A stretch of DNA of 64,000 bases from Balanoglossus misakiensis (lineage: Eukaryota; Animalia; Hemichordata): positions 1 to 64,000 of the forward strand of contig CM082576.2 of assembly GCA_040954595.2 (NCBI GenBank), read 5' to 3'. Made by a program: the position numbers and the translations under genes. Below are positions 62,571 through 64,000 of this stretch, piece after piece. The notes under the pieces are model-generated. The model was given only the letters and a program-made list of their open reading frames with translations, searched no databases and was not told where the DNA came from. Numbering within the stretch: position 1 is the stretch's first letter; each line of letters opens with the position of its first letter.

Positions 62571-63111
62571 GAGGTTATAAACGGCTAGCGAGGGAATTTG
62601 GTTGCGGATATAAGACCTCTCAGGTGAAAATTAGCATATTTGGCGGTAAATAATCACCGAGCGAAGCGAGGTGATTATTTCACCCAAATATGCTAATTTT
62701 CACCTGAGAGGTCTTATATCCGTACCAAATACCCGAGCGCACCGTTTATAACCTCATTATAATATGATTTTGCTTGATAAAGATAAACAATTTCATTTTT
62801 TCAAATCGGTTGTTTGGTTGAGAATAAATCGTGCTAGTTCAAGGGCCTCGTCGCGCACTGTTCCAGAACACGCAAGCTGAGCTCGTGCAAATGTGTTCTA
62901 GAATTTCTAAAGTCACGCGATTTTATGCCACCGCCAATAGAATTCATAAAGTGCGTTCTATTCAGGCGCGTTCCCTTCTACGTGTTCTATTTCGGTTACT
63001 TTTTTAAAACTATTCACTGTTCAGGGTCCAGGTACTAGGTCTTCTTGTCGAGAATATAAAACCCGGCTCCAGCCAATCTGAGAGCTAGATTCACGCCAAG
63101 CATATTATAAT
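62571..63111. mobile_element. Non-autonomous element with a 185-bp hairpin (62571-62755) and ATTATAATATG/CATATTATAAT inverted motifs; possibly Crypton-like
   Basis: Arms GAGGTTATAAACGG...AAATAATCACC and GGTGATTATTT...CCGTTTATAACCTC around a GAGCGAAGCGA loop; inverted 11-mers at 62756-62766 and 63101-63111. The family call is inference. Confidence 0.55.
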
Positions 63112-63504
63112 AAGTATTCAGGTAATTAACCCATTCATCACTAGAAATTGATTGGTCAATAGGAGAAACATTATGGTAACGCAGTTTTTTTAAATAGACC
63201 AAAATTCAGTTTCGACATTGCTATGAGTGTCCTGCAGGTTTGTAATTAGAGCATTAATATTTTTGTTGTGTACAATATGGCCAGTGGCCAATAGTACTGA
63301 ATAAATGCATTATTAATATTACCGGTATATACTCTTTTTCTCTTCCTCAACTGTACAATCAATCTTTTCTTCCATCTTTGTTTCTTGGGGCACTCTCTAA
63401 AGGTACTGTTTGAGTTTCAAGTAACTGCACTAAGGATTACTAAGTACATAGTTAGAAACAATACTTTAGTCAAATATTCACTCAACTGAAACTTCACTAC
63501 ACCA

Positions 63505-63551
63505 TTGCTGTTGATTTTACAGTACATCATGTACTATAAAATCAACAGCAA
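63505..63551. repeat. 47-bp near-perfect palindrome
   Basis: TTGCTGTTGATTTTACAGTACAT-C-ATGTACTATAAAATCAACAGCAA; 22 of 23 positions pair. Confidence 0.9.
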
Positions 63552-64000
63552 AAGGCTCTACTTTTGATGATTCATTAATGTTGCCTTGCTTTAGAGAACT
63601 ATGGAAAAACAGGGTTTGTTGTCCTTAGAGCTTGATATGACCCTAAGTGACTAGAACCAAATATGACATATTTTCTGTAACAGACCCACAATTATGATGT
63701 GTGAGAGTGGAAATCGTTGCTGTTGATGTGTCACTTTAAGTCACTAAATATAACAAAATGAATTATTCTATCATTTGGTACTAATAGTACAATACAAATA
63801 TCCTAATAGTGTCATTGAATACAGTGACTCTGTCTGTAAAGTGGAGAACTAGCCTACACATATATGCTTTTAATTATGTCTATTAAATGATATTTCATGA
63901 TAATATATCAAGATCAACACTTATTTATGACAAAATGGCCAAAAAATAAAGAAAAACGAAAATTCCTGCAATTTTTAAAAAAGTATAATATTGCAATGAA

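Overview
Eukaryotic (metazoan, probably invertebrate; species cannot be determined from the sequence) genomic window dominated by repeats. From left to right: an apparently intact pogo/Tigger DD29D transposase and the right end of its element (1-2596); a 224-bp LTR flanked by both a PPT and a PBS, with the extreme C-terminus of a Gypsy-type pol (2736-3143); that pol tail runs directly into a ~27-kb GC/CpG-rich satellite of 46-bp monomers (3139-29992); then a 2.7-kb GGA/GGAGTT tract, a second 46-bp G-rich minisatellite, a short TTAGGG tract, a ~283-bp AT-rich tandem array and TACA/TATG/TGCA microsatellites. The right third holds LINE/SINE/MITE relics, two Helentron-type (HINE) elements that share an internal ~237-bp repeat but have different termini, a disrupted minus-strand gene remnant, and two tandem four-exon paralogues encoding type II membrane O-fucosyltransferase-fold proteins (504 and 476 aa by manual splicing). 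The most unusual observations are the LTR/pol-tail/satellite fusion heading a 30-kb G-rich-strand repeat cascade, and a perfect 65-bp intronic inverted repeat bracketing exons 2-3 of the first fucosyltransferase-like gene. All family assignments come from motif recognition, not database searches.
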